From the NCBI GenBank assembly GCA_965637545.1, contig OZ281500.1:2170001-2234000 (forward strand): DNA of 64,000 bases, given 5' to 3'. The notes below the pieces were generated by a model, which had not been told where the DNA came from, did not search any database, and saw nothing but the letters and a program-made list of their open reading frames with translations. The translations under genes were made by a program, and so were the position numbers. Source of the DNA: Phallusia mammillata (taxonomy: Eukaryota). Positions 49,054 through 58,620 of this stretch are shown in pieces. Every line of letters starts with the position of its first letter. Position 1 is the first letter of the stretch.

Positions 49054-49252
49054 TCCTTTTGAACTTCAGTTTCGGGTTCGGTAAGAGGTAACCTAAGCAA
49101 CTCGACAACAAGGATATCCAAAGCTGTTTTTCTGTTTGCTGAGGCGATGAAATATTGAATATGCTGGCAATCACAACACCATAAATTAGAATTATTTGGC
49201 AAATGAAGACAATTTTACCAGAAGATGCACAAATCTTAGTGACCACTGGCAT
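49019..49252 (-). CDS. Small two-TM membrane protein (conserved Polinton accessory type), about 77 aa
   Basis: IVFICQIILIYGVVIASIFNIS and LWISLLSSCLGYLLPNPKLK; likely ATG at 49252 (an upstream ATG at 49291 is also in frame). Confidence 0.75.
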   Translation of the reverse strand: MPVVTKICASSGKIVFICQIILIYGVVIASIFNISSPQQTEKQLWISLLSSCLGYLLPNPKLKFKRNAAIQPSPAEQ

Positions 49253-50267
49253 GTTGAACGCTTGACGCCGGGATCCAACTATCGAAATCATGCGAATAAT
49301 CTTTCCATTTAACGTATAATTTATTTCTTCTTCGCTTTATTATTTTTTCAATTTGAAATGTTTCCGGCGGAGTTATTTTTTGCAGTTCCGCTTCGTAAAA
49401 CGTCCCCTGCAAGAGTTCCCCGTTTAGATCTGATAGCGTGTAAGTTGGAGGTTCGCCGGGCTGCCGCTGTTTTACATGAAAATATTCTTCGCTCCACTGC
49501 GAAACGTACCCTTTTCCAAAAACCTTTTTGAACTTAGAAATTCTAACAGCATCACCCGGTTTAAATCGTTGTCGGGTCAAAGGTTCAGGATGGCCATAGA
49601 GTTTCTGGAAGACAATTTCCTGATTGCAGTCACTTACTTCCAATGGAGCTCGCCCGATTGCACGATGATAGGATGTATTATAGGAGTGAACAAGGTCGTC
49701 AAGTACATCAATATAGCGATGGGTGTTTTGCGCGGTCATGTATCGAAATAGCTTGCTTTTAATTGTGCGATTAAAACGTTCGACCACAGAAGCCTTTGTC
49801 TCGGCGTTAAAAGTACTGTAAAAACCAATGCCGTGCTTTTTTAACAAAGCTTGAAATGGTTTTGATATGAATTCACTGCCAAGGTCTGTTTGAAGTTTGC
49901 AAGGCTTTGTTTGTTCAAGGATGCTGGAAAAGCCTTTCACCACGGAGCTAGAAGTTTTATTGCGCAAAGGAATGACATACGCCACCTTTGAAAAAACATC
50001 AATGTTGGTCAACAGAAATTTTACATTATCGTTGAAACGAGCCAATCGCTTCATATCGATTAGATCGGCTTGAAAGAGTTGGCCCATTCCCCCTACAACC
50101 ACTCTCCGGCGAGGAAAGTGACGTCGCGCAGTTCTGTGCAAGGTATAAGCCCTGCTTCCTGAAAGCCATTGTTTCACATCGGATCGGTTTTGTTTGCTGT
50201 AGCGATGCAAGGCATCAACGCCGCCCAAACTCCCCGCCTGAGAGGGTGTGTAGTATATCTTTTCCAT
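49236..50267 (-). CDS. int: Retroviral-type DDE integrase with C-terminal chromodomain, 343 aa
   Basis: D (FQADLIDM), D (LQTDLGSEF), E (VVERFNRTIK); chromodomain FQIEKIIKRR...LYVKWKDYSHDFDSWIP; first ATG at 50267. Confidence 0.96.
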   Translation of the reverse strand: MEKIYYTPSQAGSLGGVDALHRYSKQNRSDVKQWLSGSRAYTLHRTARRHFPRRRVVVGGMGQLFQADLIDMKRLARFNDNVKFLLTNIDVFSKVAYVIPLRNKTSSSVVKGFSSILEQTKPCKLQTDLGSEFISKPFQALLKKHGIGFYSTFNAETKASVVERFNRTIKSKLFRYMTAQNTHRYIDVLDDLVHSYNTSYHRAIGRAPLEVSDCNQEIVFQKLYGHPEPLTRQRFKPGDAVRISKFKKVFGKGYVSQWSEEYFHVKQRQPGEPPTYTLSDLNGELLQGTFYEAELQKITPPETFQIEKIIKRRRNKLYVKWKDYSHDFDSWIPASSVQHASGH

Positions 50268-50881
50268 TAATAGGTTTTCCAACTTGGATTCGTTTTGGTA
50301 AAATTCAAGCGGTCTTTGTTTCCGACGATATATTCGGGTGTGTTGGTTTCTTTCAGGATTTCAGCAAATGTTTTCCAACCGATTGGATCTACATTCTTAC
50401 GCTTACGAAGAGCGTCTTGAACCAAGTCAACGATATTGCTTCCGGTGATCACTTGATCATTGTAGATCAGTTGTTTGTGCGCGTCCCAATTTATGTTGTT
50501 CTGCTTTAAGTGATCTAATAGTGATCGAGCCTTTTTCTGCAGAGCTTTGGGTGCGCTTGTTACAATCATTTCCGCTGCGTCATCGAATGGCTTTGCTATA
50601 GGGTGAGTTGTTTGCTCGGCGAGATTGTCCGTTTTCAGCGCTTTGTTTTGAATTGCAGGTGCGGGGTTGCGTACGATAGGGAGTGCCAGGGGCTTCTCGA
50701 GTTTCTGGTGAAACAGCAAATACTTTTCCAACACTTCCTGGTATTGCGAGATTTTTTCTTGATCCGTCAAATCGTTCCGATTTAAAATCTGTTCCATGTC
50801 AGCATCAAGTCGTGATAGTACTTTTGTGGTCGAATCGCGGTACATGCGTGGGTCAATGAGCATCATTTTTTGCACGGACAT
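50267..50881 (-). CDS. Conserved Polinton protein of unknown function, 204 aa
   Basis: LDADMEQILNR.DL...EK..Y...L.KYL and GSNIVDL...PIGWKTF...L..N.P...GN motifs recalled from Maverick accessory proteins; ATG at 50881. Confidence 0.8.
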   Translation of the reverse strand: MSVQKMMLIDPRMYRDSTTKVLSRLDADMEQILNRNDLTDQEKISQYQEVLEKYLLFHQKLEKPLALPIVRNPAPAIQNKALKTDNLAEQTTHPIAKPFDDAAEMIVTSAPKALQKKARSLLDHLKQNNINWDAHKQLIYNDQVITGSNIVDLVQDALRKRKNVDPIGWKTFAEILKETNTPEYIVGNKDRLNFTKTNPSWKTY

Positions 50882-51231
50882 CACTTAAACAACTTGCTTA
50901 TGCCTCCAACCAGACTCGGCAAAACACTTCCTAATAATGGCGCAAGAATTGCAGAAAGGAAGCCTCCTTTTTGGTTAATCAATTTCTTCTTTTTGAGAAA
51001 GGGGGTTTGTTTTTTGGCGAGACAACGAAGTTTTTGACGATAGGGTTTCAATCGTTTCTTTTCAACGGAACTTAGCGGTACGTTTCCTCGCAGGATATTG
51101 TCTGCGCACTCGCTCAAACAGTTCACCAGAGTCTTGTCACAGCCGTTTAAAATTAAATGACGAACTCTTGCGTCGCCTTTCGCCAGAGCTTGCAAAGCCT
51201 GCTTATGTTTTTGTATCAAGGTCGACGGCAT
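50881..51231 (-). CDS. Basic core-type (pVII-like) Polinton protein, 116 aa
   Basis: K/R-rich; CLSECADNILRGNVPL and INQKGGFLSAILAPLLG with a hydrophobic C-terminal helix. Confidence 0.8.
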   Translation of the reverse strand: MPSTLIQKHKQALQALAKGDARVRHLILNGCDKTLVNCLSECADNILRGNVPLSSVEKKRLKPYRQKLRCLAKKQTPFLKKKKLINQKGGFLSAILAPLLGSVLPSLVGGISKLFK

Positions 51232-51268
51232 GCTGTAAAATGACGCACAAACGCAAATGCATTCGAAT

Positions 51269-51880
51269 TTAAGTCTTTGGAATGTAAACGTAATGGGTTT
51301 CGTCCGGAAACGCTCCGGTGCGTAACCGCAAGTTTTCCGGTGTCTCTTGACGCAAGTCTAGTAATAGATATCCATGAGGAATTCCTGTTGATTCGCGAAA
51401 CGCTTCGATTAGGGCCTTTGTATTCCCCGGATACATTTGCCGAGCTAGAACTTGTATTTGAGAACTATCCCGTGGATTTTTAAATAAAACAATATAATGA
51501 GCGTTTAACGATATGGTTCTATGCTCGCGGCCCTTGTGGAAAAGGTTTTGAATCAGGTAAACAACTGTCAACTTTCTATGATGCGATCCCCTGGTAAATA
51601 GATTAGAGATTTTTTCATTGCACTCTGTCATCAAATCGTCGATAACACACAAAGAATCTTGTTTGAGATTATTTAATTCATTTAATCCTTCTTTAAACTG
51701 TACATCGGGAAAATTGCGAAACGAATCTTGAAATTCACCGTAAAACCAATAAATGTTTTTCGGAACGGGATCAAATACTTGTTTTATATTTTGTATGAGT
51801 TTAAATGCGAATACGCTTTTCCCTGATTGACTAGGACCCGATATCACAATGGTTGAAGGATGTTTAAATTGAGCACACAT
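51269..51880 (-). CDS. A32/FtsK-HerA-like genome packaging ATPase, about 203 aa
   Basis: Walker A GPSQSGKS, Walker B CVIDDLM, RGSHHRKLTVVYLIQNLF, RTISLNAHYIVLFKNPRD; first ATG at 51880. Confidence 0.95.
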   Translation of the reverse strand: MCAQFKHPSTIVISGPSQSGKSVFAFKLIQNIKQVFDPVPKNIYWFYGEFQDSFRNFPDVQFKEGLNELNNLKQDSLCVIDDLMTECNEKISNLFTRGSHHRKLTVVYLIQNLFHKGREHRTISLNAHYIVLFKNPRDSSQIQVLARQMYPGNTKALIEAFRESTGIPHGYLLLDLRQETPENLRLRTGAFPDETHYVYIPKT

Positions 51881-51939
51881 GTCAAAATCCTTTCGAAGCG
51901 AACACAAAATGAGAGAAGAAATAGCTATACATCGCCATT

Positions 51940-52451
51940 TTATAGGCGCGATTCTCGAAACAGTTTTTCTACATTTTTGATTTCCCTTGAATCGATTGCG
52001 TGAGATTCAAAGCATGATGTATTGGAAATAACAGGTTTCAAGTATGACACCGGGGCAAACAGAATGTTTTCTTTGAAAAGCACTTCCGCATTCATTAATT
52101 TGGATTCGGTCGTTATTTCATCGACACGGGCCTGGATTTGAGAATTTGGATCCGAACAGTAAATTATTTGCACACGGAAATAGCCGTTGTTTGCCGATTT
52201 CGGAAATGCCAGAAGATATGGTAGACCTTCGAACAGGTAGGTTACGAGTTGTTTCAGTTGGTCGCAGTCGAGGTACAATCCTTTTCCCAAACGCACACTC
52301 AGCGTTGCACAGCGTAAGCGGGTATCTGCAAAAAACAATCAGTCACTCCCCTGACAATCCTCGGGGTAAGCACAAAGCATTTACCTTCCACTACATGTCG
52401 ACGAGTGATTTCAGCGAAAATAGTTTTCCCCGAACGAACTTGACGATGCAT
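51940..52451 (-). CDS. Orphan viral protein, two exons (52451-52385 and 52325-51940), 150 aa
   Basis: Removing a 59-nt GTAAAT...CTGATTGTTTTTTGCAG intron joins MHRQVRSGKTIFAEITRRHVVE to DTRLRCATL...FRESRL in frame; no family recognised. Confidence 0.6.
52326..52384 (-). other. Predicted spliceosomal intron (59 nt) in the viral orphan gene
   Basis: Donor AAG|GTAAAT, branch-like TGACTGAT, acceptor TTTTTTGCAG; phase 1 on both sides. Confidence 0.65.
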
Positions 52452-52585
52452 GCTGTTGCAATTTAATGTTCGGGGTCGACATGAAAACCTCTCCCTTTTT
52501 AAGCATTGCCGCAAAACCACACGTGTTTTGTTTGTTTTTTGGTTTCGGCAGGCAAGTCCCGACATGTGGCGCAATACAGTGACGT

Positions 52586-53401
52586 ATGTATTGCGCAATT
52601 AAAACTGAATTGACCAATACAAACAACCCTAAACAATTGCACCACGATGTCGCAAATTGCAAGGCTCTCTCGTCGTTTCCAGCCGCTGTGGATTTTTTCC
52701 CCCATGCCATGCCTTTAAGTGATCCCCACGGTTCAGTGCAATCTGTACCCAGTAAAAGCATCATGGCAAAGAATCTTGCAAGCAATGATATTATTCTTAA
52801 CTCAGACGAAGATTTTCAACCGCTGAACAAAAGTTTGCGGCGCCGCAAAACAAAGGCGATAGTGATTAGTGATAGTGGCGACAGTCCGAAACAATTGTCT
52901 AAACTAAAAAAAACCCAAAAGGTAATACGCAAAGAACGAAAGAAGAGAACATTACGCAAAAACCAAATTGATAAAGAAAAAATGACTGAAGCCAAGAGAA
53001 AGTTGGAATTCTCTCCAAAAAGCAAACGACTTATGGAAAAGTATGATTTAGATAGCGACGAAGGGAATCCATTCATCCGTTCTCACCGACCTGCGACGTT
53101 AATCTCATGCAGAAGCAAGGAAAAACCTACCAAGCATGTTTACAGGCCAGTCAGACAGATTGAGAGGCGCTACCTCGAACATCTTTTAGGAGAGTCTTAT
53201 TACAATCAAGAAGATGATCTTAGCGCAGGAACAAGTGGGCTCAATGCCGAGGCATCAAATCAAGCTGCGAATGCACCAGGGTTAGAAGATTCAGAAGATG
53301 AACAACTCATGGTCGACTTTTGTCAGAGGAAAGAAGCTACTGAAAACGCCGTGTTGGAATTAGTGAATCAAGTGGGAAAGACTTTCTCCAAAGCCAATTG
53401 A
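52586..53401 (+). CDS. Orphan viral protein, basic centre and acidic C-terminus, up to 271 aa (start may be 52709 or 52763)
   Basis: Long open frame; NLS-like LRRRKTK and RKERKKRTLRK; acidic DSEDE; lies upstream of polB in the rightward unit. Confidence 0.65.
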   Translation: MYCAIKTELTNTNNPKQLHHDVANCKALSSFPAAVDFFPHAMPLSDPHGSVQSVPSKSIMAKNLASNDIILNSDEDFQPLNKSLRRRKTKAIVISDSGDSPKQLSKLKKTQKVIRKERKKRTLRKNQIDKEKMTEAKRKLEFSPKSKRLMEKYDLDSDEGNPFIRSHRPATLISCRSKEKPTKHVYRPVRQIERRYLEHLLGESYYNQEDDLSAGTSGLNAEASNQAANAPGLEDSEDEQLMVDFCQRKEATENAVLELVNQVGKTFSKAN

Positions 53402-53544
53402 TGTGTTCATTTCACATCCAATCAAATGTGTATTGCTTGTAATCTTATAATCACGTGTATAACAATGTAACACTTGTATTCTGCATCCAATATATAATGC
53501 ATTTATTTCATACCTATTTTGTATTTCATTTAGGTCGATAGGCA

Positions 53545-56500
53545 ATGTCTTATAGCTGCCCTAATTGCTTTCGGATTTTCCGGACTGAAGCATTGTTAAA
53601 CTCTCATTTGCTACTGCACGAAGCAAGAGCTCATGCAACATGTGAATATTGTAATGGAGTATTCAGATACCCGCGCGATGTCCAACGTCATAAAACGACC
53701 TGTCGCGGTCAGCCAAAATACAGCTGTCAATACTGTGATAGTTCGTTTCCACGGTTAAACGATTTGGAGCATCATGTTTCCGAAAATCACCCGATATCGT
53801 CACGTCCGCAACAGAATTCTTTTGCAACAGATTTTGACCAACCGCGGATTATAGCCGGAACGGACGAAGCTCCTATATTCTTAGATGAAGAATTACAAGA
53901 GTTTTATTCTAGACACTGGGATTCCATTAGAACAATGCATCACATAGGACAGCCGGTAGTAGATAGTTTTAATTTCACATTTGACGACTTTGATCATTTG
54001 GAACAATTGCGAAAGTATTTATTAGAATTAATACCATACCGCGCAAAAATTTCTTTAAGCGTTGGTGCCATTCTGCGTCATCAAGAAACTGCACAACTAC
54101 GTTACTATCATTCTAATTCGGCAACACCTGCAATTGACGAGCCGATTCCAATCAATACCCCCGAGGATGTCGAGCGATTTATTGCCATGGTCAGAGAGTT
54201 GGATCTGCTGGAAATCGGAAAACTGCAACGACCTGACACCAAAAACACCGTCGAAATTATTACAAACATTACATATTATGTTTACAAGTGTGGACGTCAG
54301 TTGATTGGTGGACGAGTAACGGAACTGCCGCCTTACATCCGCCGCAACAAATCAATCGTGTGTATGCTGCGGAACAGCCAAGGTCGTTTGCACAAAGACA
54401 ATTTATGTTTTTTCCGATGCCTTCAGCTTTGGTTTCAGGACAGGCAAGTTAACTGTGAAATGATAGACTTGTATTCACGCTGGTCTCGTGAAAGAGTGGG
54501 CGATTTCGCCGGTGTTCAACTCTGTGATATTTACGCTTTGGAACAGTTGTTTAAAATCAACATTTCGGTTTTTGAACTGAAGAAATTCAACGGAGAAGTC
54601 GTTTCCAGACTCGTGCAACGCTCACCGTCTTTGTTGATGAAACAAACCTATCCCACCTGCAATTTAAATCTGTACGAAAATCATTTTAGTCTGATTCGAA
54701 ACTTCAACCAATTTTCCAATTCATTTGCATGCAAGTGTTATGGGACGAACTTCAAGAATTTTTATGAATTAAATCGACATGAGAAAAAATGCACAAACAG
54801 CGTCAAAAAAGTGTATCCCGCTGGCTCCTACCAATGTTCAAAAACTGTGTTTGAAAAATTGGAATTTGCAGGAATTGATGTGAGCGCTGTAGATCGTTTC
54901 TACGAATTTCGCGCCGTTTTTGATTTTGAGAGCTATTTGAATTCAGAAAATCTGCCGTCCAAAACCATCCAAACGGAATACACACAACGACACAAACCGC
55001 TGTCGTTTTGCGTAAGTTCCAACATACCAGGCTTTGAAAGCGCCTATTTTCAAGTGACGGATGGAAATTCTCAAGGGTTGATTGACAAATTAACGAATCG
55101 CCTCCTTGCAATGTCAAACCAAGCGTATAATCTTCTACAACCAAAATATAAAAGCTTACTGGAACAAGTTGATGACCTCTTACAAGCCCAGAGTTTAAAG
55201 GAGTCTGTTGAAGTAAAGCAATTGCCCCTGTACCAGATTAGACGGGAACTAGAAACACATCTCATGCAACTCCCTGTAATTACTTTTAACGGCGGCCGAT
55301 TTGATATGAATCTTATCAAGCCGTATTTGATCATGTCTTTGCAACAACAAGGTCAAAGAATTAGCGTTGTTAAAAAGGATCAAAGCTTTATGTGTTTGAG
55401 TACAGAGTCACTGCGGTTTCTAGACATCAGCTATTATCTGGCAGCGGGCACGTCGTACGAACAATATTTGAAAGCCTACGATTGCACTCAAATGAAAGCT
55501 TCGTTTCCGTATGAATACATAACGACGCTGGAACGTCTCCAGGAAAGAGAATTACCTCCACATAAAGAATTCTACAGTCACATTAAAGGAAGCAATATTT
55601 CCGACGAGGCTTACAAGAAGTGCCTAAACGTGAGTTGTTTTTCAAAAACATGTAAATTATTTTGTTTTTAATTTTCTAAAGAACAGTGTTTGTATTAGGT
55701 TTGGAAAGAAAAGGGAATGACATCTCTTCGAGACTACTTGGAGTATTATAATACGCTGGATGTATTACCCTTCCTGGAAGCGTTGCAAAAACAGTTTGAT
55801 TTGTACAAATCCCAGAATTGCGACATGTTCAAAGAAGCCATATCGATCCCTGGTCTAACGGCAAAAATCATGTATCGGAATTTAAAACACGGGGAAGTTT
55901 TTATGCTTTTTGGTGAAAAAAACAAGGACTTGGTTGAACTAATAAGACATCAGGTTGTGGGAGGTCCTGCGATAATCCATTCTCGGTATTGTGAAAGAGA
56001 CATCACAATCATCCGAGCTCTTGAAAATGGAAAACTACCTTGTCAATCCGTGATTGGATACGACGCAAATAGCTTGTACACTAAAGTAAGTATCGATATG
56101 GGGTTGTTTTCATTCGACCCAAATTCGATCTCATGTTTTGTGTTTAATCTTCTCAGTGTCTGATGATGGAAATGCCTACCGGTTTTGGAATTCGTCGACA
56201 ACGTAATAACCAGTTTAAACCAGAGTTCAGAAACTATCACAGTCAAATTGCTGTCGAATTTTTGGAATGGGAATCTCATCGCTCAGGTCAGACGATTTAC
56301 CATCAGTTCAACTCCAAAGAAGCTGTTTTGGGTTCAAAACGAGTTCGCGTAGATGGGTATACGTCATCGGGGAATGTATACCAATTTCACGGTGAGTTAT
56401 AAATTGCAAGCAAAATGTGGGCCCCCACAGAACTTCAATTACTTCCTTTTCCCGTGGATATAGAAATATCCAACGATGTTTTCCTGCCAAATTTTATCCA

Positions 56501-58548
56501 TTTATTGAACAAAAAGAAACATAAAAAAGCGCTATGCTAGTTTGATGTTGTAAGCGAATTGTTTCCTTGAACTATAAAAATAGTCATTTACTTGCAAAGT
56601 TCAATGAGAAATGACTTCCTTTTCGTTTGGACAAGGAAACATCCAAAGATCGGTGCGTTTTCGTGCCAAGTTTAACGCTTTTATTAAACTTACTTTACAA
56701 GTTTGGTGTTGCAATCGTTTACGTCACAAAGCGAGCTGGTAGTTTTCCAACAAATTGTCCACGCTATGGGGCCCTGGTAATACAATTAGGCCAACAATTT
56801 CCGCAATGCTGCAAGCGCGAACAGCGGTCCTATACATGTTCACTAAACTTTGTATTTTCCCAAATGCATTAATTTAAGAATTAAATGTAGTGAAATATAA
56901 AATAAACTTTGTTGAAAAAAACAACAAAACAAATCTGGTATTGCTCTTATATAATACAGAGATTAACACTTAGTTTGCTTTGCCTTGTTAGTTAAAAAAT
57001 AATTTGCTTGTTTGGTGATTTACAAACTATAAAATGAAATCGTTAACACTTTGAACTTGAACTACAGGATGTTATTACCACGGCTGTTGTAAATGTTTCA
57101 AAGATGACACTTACAACAAAAAGTTGAAGAAGACCATGTGGCAATTACGACAAGACACTCAACAAACCACCAATTACCTTCGGTCTCTCGGTTACACGGT
57201 GATTGAAATGGCGGAATGCGCTTGGAAACATCAGAAAAGAAACGACTTCCAGGTCAAACACTTTCTCAACAAACTCAATCTTTTTCATAACACCAAAGGC
57301 AAAATGTCGGAAGGCGAAATAATCGCTGATATAAAAAACGATCGACTTTTTGGTTTGGTCGAGTGTGACATTTCTACTCCTGAACATTTGAAAGCCAAGC
57401 TCGCTCAGTTTCCGCCAATATTCAAAAATACAAATGTGGGCCGAGATGACATTGGACCGCACATGAAAGCATACGCGGAAAAACACAACATTTTGAAAAA
57501 ACCGAGACGAATGTTAATCAGCAGTTTCCATGGGACAAAAATATTGCTCACTTCACCTCTCGTGAAATTTTACATGACGCACGGCTTGACTGTAGACAAA
57601 ATTCATCAATTCATCGAGTTTAAACCTGTTGCTTGCTTCGAAGGCTTTGGTGAAAAAATAGCAAATGACAGAAGGCTTGGAGATACATCTCCGAACTACA
57701 CGATTTTAGGGACGTTGGCTAAACTGCAAGCAAACTCGGCATTTGGACGGACCATAACGAACGTCGAAAAACACAAAAACATAAAATATGTGGACGCCCC
57801 AAAAGCGGCAATGTGTGTGGCCAATCGTCGTTTTAGCAGCATCAATTGTTTAGGGAATGGGCTATATGAGGTGGTAAGCCGAAAGGCTGTGTGCAAATTC
57901 AATTACCCTTCCCAAATCGGCTTTTTTATCTTTTGTTACGCAAAGCAAAGATTGTTGGCATTTGTTTATGACATGCTAGATAAATACCTTGAACGTAACA
58001 AATATCAAATTGTATTAATAGACACAGATTCTTGTTATCTTAGTTTATCTAGCAATAATTTAGACAGTTGTGTTAAAGCTCACATGCTAACTGAATTTTA
58101 CCACGAGTATGGAGAATGGTTTTTGCGCCAGTACTGCCCTGCTCATTTCAATGACTTCCTGAAAGCAAAGAAAGGGGGCTTTCCCTGGGATCTTCTGCCT
58201 TGTTGTCTAAAACAATATGCTCACGATCGTAGGTCAGCGGGGTTGTGGAAAATTGAATTCCAAGGCCATGGCATTGTTGCATTGTGTTCAAAAACGTATT
58301 TTGCATTCGGCGACTCGAGTCAAAAATTTTCTTGCAAAGGGGTGAATCGAAGACAAAATGAAATGAGAAAAGAGAACTATTTCAATGTTTTAAGATCCCA
58401 AATATCGCACACAACTAAAAATGTTGGTTTTATGGTTAAGCGCTCCGAAATTTATACGTACAATCAATACAAGTCGGGTTTAACCTACTTCTACGGAAAG
58501 CGCATTGTTCAAGGCGACGGAATTTCAACCGCGCCCAATGAACTTTGA
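53545..58548 (+). CDS. polB: Protein-primed family B DNA polymerase (pPolB), 4 exons, 1395 aa, with N-terminal zinc fingers, OTU-like domain and Vsr-like insertion
   Basis: Exons 53545-55629, 55699-56085, 56157-56391, 57068-58548 total 4188 nt in one frame. ExoI VFDFESY, ExoII TFNGGRFD, ExoIII YNTLDV, motif A YDANSLY, B KLQANSAFG, C IDTDS, SKTY, KGV. Confidence 0.93.
55630..55698 (+). other. polB intron 1 (69 nt, phase 0)
   Basis: AAC|GTGAGT...TTGTATTAG|GTT; restores YKKCLN-VWKEKGM; contains an in-frame TAA at 55669-55671. Confidence 0.9.
56086..56156 (+). other. polB intron 2 (71 nt, phase 0)
   Basis: AAA|GTAAGT...TTTAATCTTCTCAG|TGT; restores motif A context YDANSLYTK-CLMMEMPTG. Confidence 0.92.
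56392..57067 (+). other. polB intron 3 (676 nt, phase 1)
   Basis: CACG|GTGAGT...CTTGAACTACAG|GA; restores VYQFHG-CYYHGC of the Vsr-like insertion. Confidence 0.9.
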
Positions 58549-58620
58549 GCAAACAATCATTTGTGTTTTCAAGAACATGTACATATCGCAATTTTTTCGC
58601 ATGACTTTGTAAACTCTTTT

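Noticed and set aside
53545-58548. polB as a frameshifted, dead pseudogene
   Set aside because: Every break has canonical donor and acceptor sites, and splicing restores both the frame and the conserved motifs exactly.
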